Shown here one piece after another: positions 1 through 12,664 of a stretch of DNA of 64,000 nucleotides (position 1 is its first letter; every line of letters starts with the position of its first letter). A model generated the notes under the pieces. That model saw nothing but the letters and a program-made list of their open reading frames with translations, did no database searches and had not been told where the DNA came from. The DNA lies in the NCBI GenBank assembly GCA_951406725.2, contig OX597840.1, positions 36,518,001 through 36,582,000 on the forward strand. Direction: 5' to 3'. The DNA is from Octopus vulgaris. Taxonomy: Eukaryota. The translations under genes and the position numbers were made by a program.

Positions 1-43
1 GCCTAGCATGGAATCTGAGGAATTTACAATGTCTCACCTTTAA

Positions 44-264
44 CCCTTTCATTACTGTATTTATTTTGAGATGCTCTATGTTTCTTTCAATTATTTTAAA
101 TATAACAAAGAATTTAGTAAAATAACTTCGTTATCATTTAGCTAGTGTTTGGAACATAAATTGTGACTAAGGTTTGGTGGTATATTTTAATGCAAAACTT
201 ATGAAAACAAGACATTTGTACTACAGAGCCAGAGCTGGTTTTGGCCGGGTTGGTAATGAAAGGG
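44..264. mobile_element. piggyBac-type MITE, family 1 (221 bp)
   Basis: TIRs CCCTTTCATTAC / GTAATGAAAGGG, flanked by TTAA at 40-43 and 265-268; no coding capacity. Confidence 0.85.
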
Positions 265-699
265 TTAAGGTTATCTGCATACAATTGAGGAACAAGAAAT
301 TCCCTTCAAATACCTTCTACACAAAAGACTGGGTCAACTGACAACAAATGTAGGCAAAACCATAATTGAAGGCATTAGCTATATCATTGCCAATTAGAAG
401 AGATATTTCTAGATTCTGTCTTAAAGTAAGGGAAATATTATAAAGTAAAACAAACTGAAACAATCTGGAAAGGAGCAAAAATCAATATTTAAAATAATAA
501 TGATCAATACACTGAGACCAATAGATCTGAAAAATATTGGTGAAGTCTAAGAACAAAAGCAACGGCCAAATTCAAAATGCAACTGATCTGATCTTGTTAA
601 TTGGGGTTGAAAAATAGGTTCTGCCACCATTTTAAATCAATGTGGTTAGAAAAATACAGAAGAAAGACAATATGTGGGGCTCATAGATTAGTAGTTTGT

Positions 700-1530
700 A
701 AATCCTGTACCCTACATCCACTTTCAGCTTTATATCCCCATTAATACGGGAGTAATACCAACTCATTTCCTCTGTTATAGATGCCCATGGTCACCAGCTA
801 TGGCAATGATACAAAATTATCTCAGGCAATAAAAAAATCAAGATGACGTTGTAAGCTTACAGTGGAACCTGAATTTGAGATACACGTCGTTTGAAATAAA
901 CAACATGCAGTTTAATGCTGGAAAATTTCAAGCACTGCACTATCAACCCACAAATGCACTACAGCCTGCACATACAGGACCCAAAGACACTACAATCCTA
1001 GAGTCATAAGCAGTGAAAGACTTGGGGATCAGTATATGCAATTGCACACTTTACATGCACATTACCAAGGTGGCAGCAAAGTGCAAACAAGTGGTAGGAT
1101 GGATACTAAGGTCCTTCAAGACAAGAGACCAAGAAACTCTGTTGACCCTGTGGAGAACCTTCATTCTTAACAGCCTGACTACTGCTCCCACTTATGGTCA
1201 CCACATAACAACCAAGCTAACAGTAGAGCTTGAAGCAGTCCAACACCACTACACACAAAGATTGAAACAGTGCAATGGATGAGTTAAGGGGATAGGTTGA
1301 GAAAACAGCAAATTTACTCCCTGGAGTGAAGGCGCAGCAGATGTGTAATGATGTAGAGATGGAAAACTCTAGAAGGGCTTGTAACTAATTTCGGCATTGA
1401 GTGTTATACAAATGCCAGACTGGCGACCATTGAATTGTACCAAAGGTACCATTCATTCCATCTGAATTCAGGACCAGGTACTGCAATAGTCTAGGGCTCA
1501 AAGGCCCACAGCTAGAACGAAGACACATAC
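700..1530 (+). mobile_element. Decayed CR1/L2-like LINE reverse transcriptase, 3' fragment
   Basis: Degenerate YADD-like motif (SYGNDTKL, ~797-820); MQFNAGKF; ORF 1013-1282 with KDLGI, GWILRSFKTRD and LEAVQ, typical of the CR1-group RT C-terminus; stops and frameshifts present. Confidence 0.75.
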
Positions 1531-1639
1531 ATGAGGTGGGGGGGGGGGTGATGTGAAACAGCCTCGACTGAGGAAATCAGAAAGACTACAGTGGTGCTCC
1601 AGCATGATCACAACTGCATGGCTGAAATGAATAAAAGAG

Positions 1640-2025
1640 ATACATACATACATACATATATATAAGTTTATACATATATACATATATATATATATGTTTA
1701 TATATATATATATATGTATGTACTTTATATATATATATATATACATACATATATATAGATAGTTATATGTATATGTATGTACTCACATATATATATATAT
1801 ATACATATGTAGATATATGTATATGTATGTACTTATATATATATATATATATACTTATATATATACATTATACATATATAGATATATGTATGTATATATA
1901 TATATATATATATACTTATATATATACATTATACATATATAGATATATGTATATGTATGTACGTATATATATATGTAGTTATGTGTGTTTGTATGTATGT
2001 TAATATATATATATATGTACATATA
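1640..2025. repeat. Compound (TA)n/(TATG)n microsatellite
   Basis: Directly visible in sequence. Confidence 0.95.
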
Positions 2026-2505
2026 GTATTGAAGTTATCTTAGAAATTAGTTCTGATGGCATTTTAATTTAATTGAAATAGCTTTTACTATAATGGAATT
2101 TCTCTGTGTGTGTTTCTAATCGTAATTGTAATAATCTGTTTTTTGATGACACCATTGTTGCACCATCATTGCAAAATGGAAGCCTCCTATTCATGGACTT
2201 ATATTAACCATGGTTCTCTACTCAAAAAACTTTAAAAAAAACAACAAAAAACATACTAATTGTTGTTTTTGTTGATCGAGACCCCCCCCCCTGCAGACAT
2301 AGTCTTTTTTTTTGTATAGCTAAGTCTAACATTGTTGAATATGGCTTTCGATTTTAAACTACTTGTTTGTGAATGGTAGTCATGATTTGTCACCAGCTTA
2401 ACTTCTCCAACTGGTGTCCATGGGTGTAAACGAACGGTATTAAGTTTCAAGCAAGACAACAACTTAATACTGTAGTGCATCGCCCTTCCTACAAAACCAA
2501 AACTT

Positions 2506-2548
2506 TTAATGGGTTGGTCTTTGTTCCTCTTCGCCAGCATCAGTGAAC
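2506..2548 (-). CDS. Candidate terminal coding exon of an unidentified minus-strand host gene
   Basis: Minus-strand acceptor TATTTTACAG|G at 2549-2550 in unique sequence; phase-2 reading FTDAGEEEQRPTH-stop is compatible with the candidate exon at 13107-13151. Confidence 0.3.
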
Positions 2549-2944
2549 CTGTAAAATACCATCCGTGTTGCCCTACTTTCTCTCACGAAGCTATAAGATA
2601 TGGCTAAAAATACACTTGTTTGTTTACATTTTCATGTGTGTGTGTAATTATATACACATATCTAGATATGAATGTATAATATATCCAAACCCCCTACTAA
2701 CAATTCACTGTCTAAAAGCATGCAGAGTCATATATCCATGTGGTTGTGTGTGTGTGTGTGTGTATAAGATGATATGTTGAAATGATATGTCTATTCAATG
2801 TGTGGGGTTGACCTGGAGCTAAACAACAACACTTCAAATTGGTGGGTTCTGGGTTCATTCGACCCACTGGCAATAACAACCAAATCTTCCTCGAATCACA
2901 ACTTACTGTCTTAAATAAAAGATTGACTGAGTGTTAATGTAAAC

Positions 2945-3129
2945 CTAAAAAGCACCCACTACACTCTCAGGAGTGGTTGGCATTAGGAAGGACGTCCAGC
3001 TGTGAGAACATTGCCAGATCAGATTGGATCCTGGTACAGTTTCCTGGCTTTCCAGACCTCAGCCAAACCGTCTAACCCATGCCAGCATGGAAAACGGATG
3101 TTAAACGATGACGATGATGATGATGATGA

Positions 3130-3130
<1 letters not shown>
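2945..3130 (+). mobile_element. RTE LINE 3'-tail fragment
   Basis: AAAAGCACCCACTACACTC...AACCCATGCCAGCATGGAAAACGGATGTTAAAC followed by (GAT)n; same tail as the RTE copy at 10100-10917. Confidence 0.85.
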
Positions 3131-3166
<36 letters not shown>

Positions 3167-3192
3167 TGTGTGTGTGTCTGTCTGTCTGTCTC

Positions 3193-3850
3193 TCATCATT
3201 GTCTTACTAACACCCACTTTTCAATGTCTGCATGGGTTGGACAGAGTTTATTGAGGTAGAATTTTTATGGAGGGATGCCTTTCCTGTTGTGGACCCGTTT
3301 TTGAGTAAGTCAACATTTCCCCACACCCAGACAGGTTTCTGCAGAATATGCAAATGAAGGACATTCAATTACGAAAATCATGTGATATCAAGCGGGGACA
3401 CACACACACACATTCACAAGTAAGCTTCTTTCAGTTTCTATCAACCAAATTCAGTTGAAAGCCTTTGGTTAGCCAGAGGCTATAATGGAAAACACTTGTC
3501 CAAGGTGCCACACAGTGGAACTGAACCCACTGTGTGGCACCTTGGACAAGTGTTTTCCATTATAGCCTCTGGCCAACCAAAGGCTTTCAACTGAATTTGG
3601 CTGATAGAAACTGAAAGAAGCTTACTTGTGAATGTGTGTGTGTGTGTCCCCGCTTGATATCACATGATTTTCGTAATTGAATGTCCTTCATTTGCATATT
3701 CTGCAGAAACCTGTCTGGGTGTGGGGAAATGTTGACTTACTCAAAAACGGGTCCACAACAGGAAAGGCATCCCTCCATAAAAATTCTACCTCAATAAACT
3801 CTGTCCAACCCATGCAGACATTGAAAAGTGGGTGTTAGTAAGACAATGAT

Positions 3851-3852
<2 letters not shown>
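3193..3852. repeat. Near-perfect long inverted repeat (326-bp arms, 8-nt loop)
   Basis: 3193-3518 is the reverse complement of 3527-3852; loop AACTGAAC; two mismatches found; flanking (GT)n and (CA)n tracts extend the pairing. Confidence 0.97.
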
Positions 3853-3910
<58 letters not shown>

Positions 3911-4861
3911 GTTGGAAAGCAAACTTCTTAACTGTACAACCATAGCAGTGATTTATATATGTTTGTTTATATTTATGCCTGTATGGTTAAGGGTGTGCAT
4001 GTGTTTAAATGTGTGTGTGTGTGTGTGTGTGTGTACATATATATTATCATGGTTGATCTTTCGTTTTGTGATCCAGAAAGTGAAACTAGAAATTTGCAGA
4101 CATATGAAATGAAAGTAAAATATTGTTCAGTTATATTTGACAACATTTACCAATGAAATGAAACTGAGAGAATGTCTTTTCTTCTTGAAACTTCAAGTTA
4201 AGTTGACTGAAAAGAATTAAGTCTTATTAATTATTCTCATGACATGCCTGCACTTAAGTATTTGTAATCCGTTATTCGTTTCTGCTCGACAATAAAGTTT
4301 TTCTTTTAGAATGTATTTGTGTTGTATTAAGTGAAAATCCCAAAGCACTATTTTCTAGTTCTAAGTTAAGTGTTTTGCTATTAACTTCTCAGGGACTTAC
4401 CTGCTCCCATCCCTATTTTCCACCCCCTTTCTTCCATCTGTCCCCTACCACATCTTACTCCTTCCCCTTCTGAGATATTTTCTTCTGTTTCTTAGCCCTT
4501 GTCTTGGGTGTTTTCTATTGTAGTCTGGTGCCAACCAATATCCCGTGAGAGTAAATCGGTTCATGGAAACATGTTTGTAGTCCTTTCTTACACATACATA
4601 CACACACATATGTATTTGTGTCTTTGTGTTTCTGGTTGTTTCTCCTTTCCACCACATGACAAACGATGTTGGTTTGTTTACATCCACATAGTTTAGTGGT
4701 TTGACACAAGAAACAACAGGTTAAGTTCCACACATAAAAAACTACCTGGGGCCAATTTAGTCAATTAAAACATTTCAAGATGGATCCCTTGCATGGCTGC
4801 AGTTCACTGACTGAATCATGTAAGAGGTCAAAGGTCAATATAAACGTCAGTTAAATATATA

Positions 4862-4864
<3 letters not shown>

Positions 4865-4900
<36 letters not shown>

Positions 4901-5322
4901 TTAGGGTTTGTTTTCCATGCTGGCATGGGTTGGATGATTTGACTGGAACTGGTAAGCCAGATAGTGGCACCTGGCTCCAGTCTGAATCTGGTTTGCTTTC
5001 TACAGCGGGATGCCCTTCCAGATGCCAACCACTCCAAAAGTGTAATGGGTGCCTTTTACAGGTCACCAGCAAAGGTTCCCCTTGTGTGTTACTGGTACAA
5101 GTGCTTCTTATGTGTCACTGGCACAGGTGCCTGTTACGGGTCACCAGTACTGGCCATGATTAAGATTTCACTTGGTTTGCTGTGCCTTCTCAAGCGCAGA
5201 ATATTGCCAAAGGTCTCAATCACATGCCATTGCCTCCAGGAAGCTCAACACCCAAAGACCATGCTTCATCACCTCGTCCTAAGTCTTCCTGGATTTACCT
5301 CTTCCACAGGTTCCCTCCACAG
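4865..5322 (-). mobile_element. RTE LINE 3' fragment
   Basis: (CAT)n tail on the left, conserved RTE 3'UTR, and degenerate RGKSRKT-x-DEVMKH C-terminus at ~5260-5310. Confidence 0.8.
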
Positions 5323-5427
5323 TTAGAGATACATATGTCTGTATGTATGTATATATATATATATATAAAATCTTACATCAGTTTCCAAGCTTTCTGTTAA
5401 ATTATGATTTTTAAAAATGTGTGAGTA

Positions 5428-5482
<55 letters not shown>

Positions 5483-5755
5483 AAGAGAGAGTGTGTGTAT
5501 ATATATATATATATATATCATTTAACACCTATGTTTCTGTGATAGCATGGGCTGGACAGAATTTGTTGAGGTGGCTATGGCTGGATGCCATTCCTGTCAC
5601 GAACCCTCACTTGTTCTAAGTAAGATAATATTTCCTGATCACCAGATCTGTCTCAGAAGAATGGAACTGAAGGACCACCTACTGGTGTGATGGGGACACT
5701 TGCTTACAACTACCAGGCAAAGTCAAGGAAAGAAGCCAGTAACATACACACACAT

Positions 5756-6674
5756 CATCATCGTCGTTTAACGTCCGTTCTCCATGCTAGCATGGGTTGG
5801 ACGGTTCGACCGGGGTTCTGGGAAGCCAGAAGGCTGCACCAGGCTCCAGTCTAAATTTGGCAATGTTTCTACAGCTGGATGCCCTTCCTAACGCCAACCA
5901 CTCCGTGAGTGTAGTGGGTGCTTTTTACGTGCCACCTGCACAGGTGCCAGGCGGGGCTGGCAACGGCCACGGTCAGATTGGTGTATTTTATGTGCCACCG
6001 GCACGGAAGCCAGTCGAGGCGGTGCTGGCATCGGCCACGAGTCGGATAGTGCTTTTTACGTACCACCAGACCAGGGATCCTGGCTGGTTCAATTCGATTT
6101 CGATTTCGCTTGCCCCAACATGTCTTCACAAGCAAAGGGGGTTGGCAAGGGTGCCTGTCGTACGGTCGCATTGGAGTATTTTACGTGCCACGGCCACGAG
6201 TCGGATAGTGCTTTTTACGTACCATCAGACCAGGGATCCTGGCTGGTTCAATTCGATTTCGATTTCGCTTGCCCCAACATGTCTTCACAAGCAAAGGGGG
6301 TTGGCATGGGTGCCTGTCGTACGGTCGCATTGGAGTATTTTACGTGCCACGGCCACGAGTCGGATAGTGCTTTTTACGTACCACCAGGCCAGGGATCCTG
6401 GCTGGTTCAATTCGGTTTCGATTTCGATTTCGCTTGCCCCAACATGTCTTCGCAAGCATGGGGGGTTGGCATGGGTGTCTGTCGTCGGATGAGGTTCTAT
6501 ATCGACTTCGCTTGCCTCAACCGGTCTTTGTGTCCAAGGGAGGAAAGGCATTCATAAGTGGGCTGGGCTCACTTGTCCTGCCTGGTCTTCTCACGTACAG
6601 AATATTTCCAAAGGTCTCGGTCTCTGGTCATTTCCTCAGTGAGGCCTAAAGTTCGAAGGTCGTGCTTCACCACC
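5756..6674 (-). mobile_element. Young RTE LINE 3' end with internal 159-bp tandem triplication
   Basis: Reverse complement of 10310-10915; units start at 6033, 6192 and 6351; ORF C-terminus VVKHDLRTLGLTEEM at the right end. Confidence 0.92.
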
Positions 6675-6803
6675 AAATAAATAAATAAAATATATATATA
6701 TATATATATATATTATTCTATGCTAATTTAGTTAATTGTAAGATAGAAATTTAAAGTGCCTACATGATAACTGCAAGCCTACTTTTGGGCTACCTTGTGT
6801 GTG

Positions 6804-6835
<32 letters not shown>

Positions 6836-6990
6836 ATGGGCTTCTTTCAGTTTCGGTCGACCAAATCCACTCACATGGCTTTAGTTGACCCAGGGCTATA
6901 ATAGAAGACAGTAACCCAAGTGTCACACAATAGGACCTAACCTGAAACCATGTGGCTGGGATGCAAACTTCTTACCATACAGCCACACCT
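6836..6990 (-). mobile_element. SINE family A, 5' half
   Basis: Matches the tRNA-derived head of the copy at 42848-43240. Confidence 0.75.
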
Positions 6991-7404
6991 GTTTGTCACA
7001 TGCCCATAAAAGGTAACAAGCACAATGATATTTGTTTTGCCCATACAATTGTGATGTGTGCCAGGCTGTAGCAAAATGTCTTTATTGGACCAACAGACAG
7101 AGACAAGGTGGCAGAACCAGTGATTAAACACCAATTACAGCAGCTGTCATCATCACTATTATCGCTGAAAGGGGGTGAGAGATGACAGAATGGATGGCGC
7201 GATCAGACGAAAGGCTTGCTGGAATTTCTTCTGAATTTAGATTCTGTTCAGTTCAACTTTGCCTTTTATCCTTTTTTTGGGGGGGGGGGGTCGATGAAAC
7301 AAGTACCAGTTGTGCACTGGGATCACTAATTGAGTAACCCCCACCACCAAATTTCAAGCCTTGTACTTATAGTAAAGAGAATTATTATTATTACCATCAT
7401 CTGT

Positions 7405-7778
7405 GCTAGCGGGGTGCAAAGAGCACCAGACGAGTGTGACTGTTGACAGAGTGGCTAACCAGCTTCCGTGCCAGTGACACATAAAAGGCACCATTCGAGT
7501 GTGATTGTTACCAGTGTCGCCTTACTGGCACCTGTGCTGGTGACATGTGTAAAAAGATTCAAGCGAGGTCATTGCCAGTACTGCCTGACTGGCCCACATG
7601 CCGGCGGCATGTAAAAAGCACCCACTACACTCTCGGAGTGGTTGGCATTAGGAAGGGTATCCAGCTGTAGAAACTCTGCCAGATCAAGATTGGAGCCTGG
7701 TGCAGCCATCTGGTTTGCCAGCCCTCAGTCAAAATCGTCCAACCCATGCTAACATGGAAAGCGGACGTTAAACGATGA
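7405..7778 (+). mobile_element. Non-autonomous element ending in the RTE 3' tail
   Basis: Repeated GGCAC..TAAAA..CACC motifs, then the RTE tail ending GGACGTTAAACGATGA. Confidence 0.75.
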
Positions 7779-7810
7779 TTATTATTATTATTATTATTAT
7801 TGTTACTGGA

Positions 7811-8022
7811 AGGCTGTGAGCTGGCAGAATCGTTAGGATGCTGGCCAAAACGCTTAGTGGTATTTTTGTCTGTCTTCATGTTCTGAGATCAGATTCTGCC
7901 GAGGTCAACTTTGCCTTTCATCCTTTCAAAATTAGAAAACAGAAGTACCACTCAAATACAGGGGTCAATGTAATTGACTTGCCCCATCCTCTTAAAAATG
8001 CCGGCCTTGAGTCAAAATTAGA
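7811..8022 (+). mobile_element. SINE family B (tRNA head plus MetaSINE-like central domain)
   Basis: GAGCTGGCAGAATCGTTAG A-box region; GAGGTCAACTTTGCCTTTCATCCTTT..AAGTACCA domain; other copies at 7168-7380, 38791-39170, 58300-58520 and 54735-54952(-). Confidence 0.8.
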
Positions 8023-9239
8023 ATTACTACTACTACTACTACTACTACAGTAGTTGTCATAAAGGATAATCACAGCTGGAATAAATCTCAACAGAGAACT
8101 GTTGGATCAGTGATGAACAACCCCCCCCCCCCACGACCACCACCACTTGTGGCTATTTTATAAACAGGATATCAGAATGGAATTATGGTTTCAACTGTAA
8201 CATTATCGGTGGGGGGGGGCAGGTATGGAAGGAGGGAGACACAATACTAACACACCAAGGGAAGGGGGGACTCACGATGTGTGTGTGCATATATATATAT
8301 GCACACACACACACACACACACAAATACACATACATACGCACACATATTTATATATACCTATATATGTGTGTGTGTGTGTATTTATGTAGATTGTATAGT
8401 GTTTAGTTTCAAAACAAAATCTCCAAATAGAGTTTAAAAAAAAAAGCTTTTAATCTGTCCCCTTGGTGATTGGTGGGAGAGGCATGGGTGGAGGGGATGA
8501 AATTGTAGCCTATTAAATGTGAAAATGGATATTTAAATTTAATAAAAACATGACAACATAAAAGAGTTTTCATCCGTTGGAAAAGAAAATGGACTGCTTC
8601 CCACAAGAGACGAGCGATAGAAAAATACATAAATGGCGGGGGAGGAGAGAGGGGGGAGAAAAAGAGGAAGAGACAGAGAAAAGGGGAGATGGGGAGGGAG
8701 ATGGGTAATGTTCAATTATAATTTTAAAATTAGGAAAATCAAATTTATACCCTTCTTGCAGTTTATTTTATTTTGTTAAGAAATCCATATTTTCCGCTCC
8801 ACTGCCATCCTTTCCCCATCTTTCTTCCCTTCTTCTCTTCATCTCCAATATATCCAACCATGGAAATATAAGGTGTCACAGTTTTATCACTTCTGTTTGC
8901 TTGAGTGTTTTCACTCAGATTATCTGTAAACTTAGTACGGCTTAGAAATTGAATATGGAGAATAGCAGTGTCTCTTACAGGCTGACCAATCAGGTCCCCC
9001 TGCGGGGCCTTTTGAAAGGGAAGCAGTCAATGAAATTAGATTCACTGAAACTTTGTGAACTTATCCTCCAACATGACGAAGAAAGAAAAATTCTATGGAA
9101 TGTATTTTGTCATCTATAAAGATGGGGTACAAACAATTCCTTGAACATTTTTACAGGGAGCTGGTTTTTGTCAGTTTGACAACTATTAGGATAGAGTGTT
9201 TGTGGCTAGGTCATGGTTGGAAGGTTCTTGATCTAAATC

Positions 9240-9790
9240 TGATGGATCAGATATGAATTGAAGCTCAGTAACAATAATATGTAGCAATCTGTGAAGTCCA
9301 GTCGCTTGACTTCCTGAAAATAGCAGGTAAATCTCACTCAGAATCACATCCTAATATCTTTAAAAAAGGAAGGACACCTTAGAGAATGTGGTCCTAAATT
9401 ATGCCTGGTTGGATCTGGGCAGACCCAGGGCTACTACCAAAACTGCTACAACAATTACAACAATATACTATGATTCAGTGGGATAACTTTTATGTTGACC
9501 CACAAGAAATAGTAACCATATCTCCCTCAAACTGTGTCTTACATACAGTCATAAAAAAAAAGAACATTGTAAAATCTGGTCTAAGGTGAACTGGGCTTTG
9601 AGAAATAGCAGAGACAGTGGTGGTGGTGGTAGTGGTGGCCATAGATGGAAGATCACTGACCGGAGGTAAACAACAACAACATTAACATTGAACAATGTAG
9701 TCCTAGATACATATGTGAATAAAAATGTAGGATGGTCATAACTACAAAGCCTTTAAGGCTGAGTACAACAGATTTGGTAACAAAATATTC
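9240..9790 (+). repeat. Head-to-tail cluster of an old short interspersed unit with (AAC)n-like tails
   Basis: Recurrent GAAATAGCA..AAATCTCCCTCAAATCAC..AATGTAGTCCTAGATAC..GATGGTCAT..TAAACAACAAC motifs. Confidence 0.6.
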
Positions 9791-10099
9791 AGTTCAAACA
9801 TTATTTTGTAGTTTTAGATTTAACCATTGTCTTCACAGAATAGTTGAGTTATTTATTCACCCAGTGTCAATGACTCATACACATACCTCTACTACAATAT
9901 ATAGCACAAATGGGATTGAGGGCTAGTTACCTTGCCTGTCCATGACTCAGGTGTTTTAACAGGCAGCACTTTGAGAGTGTATATACTCCACCTTGCTAGT
10001 GCAGCCACCAGAAAATACACAAAGCATCTACATTAAGTATTTGTAGTTGATGATATGTATTATATGAGGACTGCTTTTATTTCATGTGTGTGTGTGCAT

Positions 10100-10917
10100 A
10101 TGTATGTCAGTGTACATACTCGACAGAGCGTTAGTACCTTGAGAGAAATGCTGTACCTAAGAAGCATCAGTTGTGGTGTGCAAGAGAGACGATTGCGCTG
10201 GTATGGTCATGTGGCGAGAATGGATGAAGATAGGTGTGTGAGAAAGTGCCAATCCCTAGCAGTTGAGGGAACCCGTGGAAGAGGTAGACCCAGGAAAACC
10301 TGGGACGAGGTGGTGAAGCACGACCTTCGAACTTTAGGCCTCACTGAGGAAATGACCAGCGACCGAGACCTTTGGAAATATGCTGTACGTGAGAAGACCA
10401 GGCAGGACAAGTGAGCCCAGCCCACTTATGCATGCCTTTCCTCCCTTGGACACAAAGACCTGTTGAGGCAAGCGAAGTCGATATAGAACCTCATCCGACG
10501 ACAGGCACCCATGCCAACCCCCTTTGCTTGCGAAGACATGTTGGGGCAAGTGAAATCGAAATCAAAATCGAATTGAACCAGCCAGGATCCCTGGTCTGGT
10601 GGTACGTAAAAAGCACTATCCGACTCGTGGCCGATGCCAGCGCTGCCTCGAGTGGCTTCCGTGCCGGTGGCACGTAAAATACACCAATCCGACCGTGGCC
10701 GTTGCCAGCCTCGCCTGGCACCTGTGCAGGTGGCACGTACAAAGCACCCACTACACTCACGGAGTGGTTGGCGTTAGGAAGGGCATCCAGCTGTAGAAAC
10801 ATTGCCAGATAAGACTGGAGCCTGGTGCAGCCTTCTGGCTTCCCAGATCCCCGGTCGAACCCTCCAACCCATGCTAGCATGGAGAACGGACATTAAACGA
10901 TGATGATGATGATGATG
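10100..10917 (+). mobile_element. Young 5'-truncated RTE LINE (ORF C-terminus, 3'UTR, (GAT)n tail)
   Basis: ERRLRWYGHVARMDEDRCV...GTRGRGRPRKTWDEVVKHDL is the RTE-clade C-terminal signature; (GAT)n tail at 10898-10917. Confidence 0.95.
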
Positions 10918-10919
10918 TA

Positions 10920-11795
10920 TATTTGTGCCAGGCAGAAACCCCACTGATGCTATATCTCTGGTAAGGCAACTGCAGAAGAAATACCTAGCCAAAGATAAAC
11001 CTTTGTACCTGGCTTTTGTTGACTTGGAGTAAGCCTTTGACAGGGTCCCCCGATCCCTTATCTTGTGGTCAATGCGGAAACTGGGAATAGACAAGTGACT
11101 GGTAAGAGCTGTACAAGTTCTGTACAGGGATGCTGTCAGTAAGGTGAGGGCTGGTAATGAGTACAATGAAGAATTCTGAGAAGTAGGGGTTCACCAAGAA
11201 TCAGCCCCCTCTTATTTATTATAGACCTCCAGACAATAACAGAGGAATTCAAGACAAGCTGCCTCTAGGAGTTCCTCTATGCTGATGACCTTACTCTAAT
11301 AGCTGAGTCACTGCCAGAACTGGAGACGAAGTTTATGGTGTGGAAGCAAGGTCTAGAGTTGAAGAGCCTTAGGGTTAACCTAGCAAAAAACAAGTCTTAG
11401 TAAGTAGGAAGGCTGACAAATCACAAACCCCTTCAGGTAGATGGCCCTGCTTGGTCTCTAGAAAAGGCATGGGTAGAAACTCCATACAATGTACTTGGTG
11501 TAAGCTATGGACACATAAAGGGTGCAGCAATATCAAAGGAAGGCTAACCGGGGAAAATAGTTTTTGTGTGTGGAAGATGCACTGGGGCAATAAACACTGA
11601 AGATGTACAGAAAACAGATTCTATCACATGCCAGGGGAAGAAACTAGAAGAGGTTAATAGTTTCTGCTACCTAGGCGACCAAGTCTGAAGTTGGGGTGGT
11701 TGCTCTGAGAGTGTAATGGCTAGAGTAAGAATAGCCTGGGCAAAGTTCAGGGAGCTCCTGCCTCTGCTGGCAACTAAAGACCTCTCACTTAGTAT
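10920..11795 (+). mobile_element. Decayed RTE LINE reverse transcriptase core
   Basis: FVPGR..TDAI..VRQLQ.KYLAKDKPLYLAFVDLE*AFDRVPR; VGVHQ; YADDL at ~11278; WAKFRELLPLL; multiple stops. Confidence 0.92.
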
Positions 11796-12009
11796 GGGGG
11801 TAAAAAAAATGGACATTCAACGAATGACAAGCAAACATGAATTTTGAAGTCATGATATTAGGGTCTCATTATTCCACAATTACATCATCAACCCAGACAC
11901 AAAATTAAGATCACATTTATGTCACAAATCTCAAACTGCCACAAAATCCCAAAATCACTGTCAGTCATGTCACAGCATCAGAGCACAATTTCCCAATATT
12001 ACACAATTA

Positions 12010-12134
12010 CGAGGGGTGTATATGAAAAGTTTTAACCCTTCAAGGCCTTTGAGCCTTGAAGCCTTGTACCTTCATCAGAAGTCTTGTGTCATGTTTTGTT
12101 TTTTTAGGGCTCAAGACTTTTCATACACCCCTTG
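12010..12134. mobile_element. Tc1/mariner-type MITE
   Basis: TIRs CGAGGGGTGTAT(AT)GAAAAGT / ACTTTTCATACACCCCTTG, flanked by TA on both sides. Confidence 0.8.
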
Positions 12135-12664
12135 TATAATGTTGATGCGTCACACAGTTATGATGTTACAATACCCCTTCATAATGTCACACAATTATAG
12201 CATCACAATATGGCACAGTTATAAGGCCACAAGACCACAGCTATACAATCTCAATATTATACAATATTAGAATGTGATAACGTTCACAACGTTACATCTG
12301 AATATCTCGTACAGTTACGATACCACATAGTTACATCTTCACAATGTTCCATTGTCATAATTGCACAAGGTCACAATTACAACGATTTCACACAGATAAA
12401 ACATCACAATGTGCGCAAGCTGCAATTTTTATAAAACCAGAGACTTAGAATGTCACAGAGTCTCTGTTGATAACACAGAAAATACTATTTCAATGACTCT
12501 TCTCCACTCCCACTCTCAGCTCTTATCTAAATGCAAAGGACACATTGTGAGACGACTGAATAAAGTCAACGAGAGGGAGGTGCCAAGTGCAGTGAGAAAA
12601 TTTCTTCAAAAGTAGAATAGAAATGAAGAAAATATATAAATAAGTAATAATAATAATAAATTCT

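Noticed and set aside
4396-4403. Perfect minus-strand donor CAG|GTAAGT
   Set aside because: No plausible acceptor or coding-like exon upstream; the adjacent sequence is low-complexity and SINE-derived.
5797-6492. 231-aa ORF with three 53-aa repeats
   Set aside because: It is the antisense of an RTE 3'UTR; the repeats come from the 159-bp DNA duplication.
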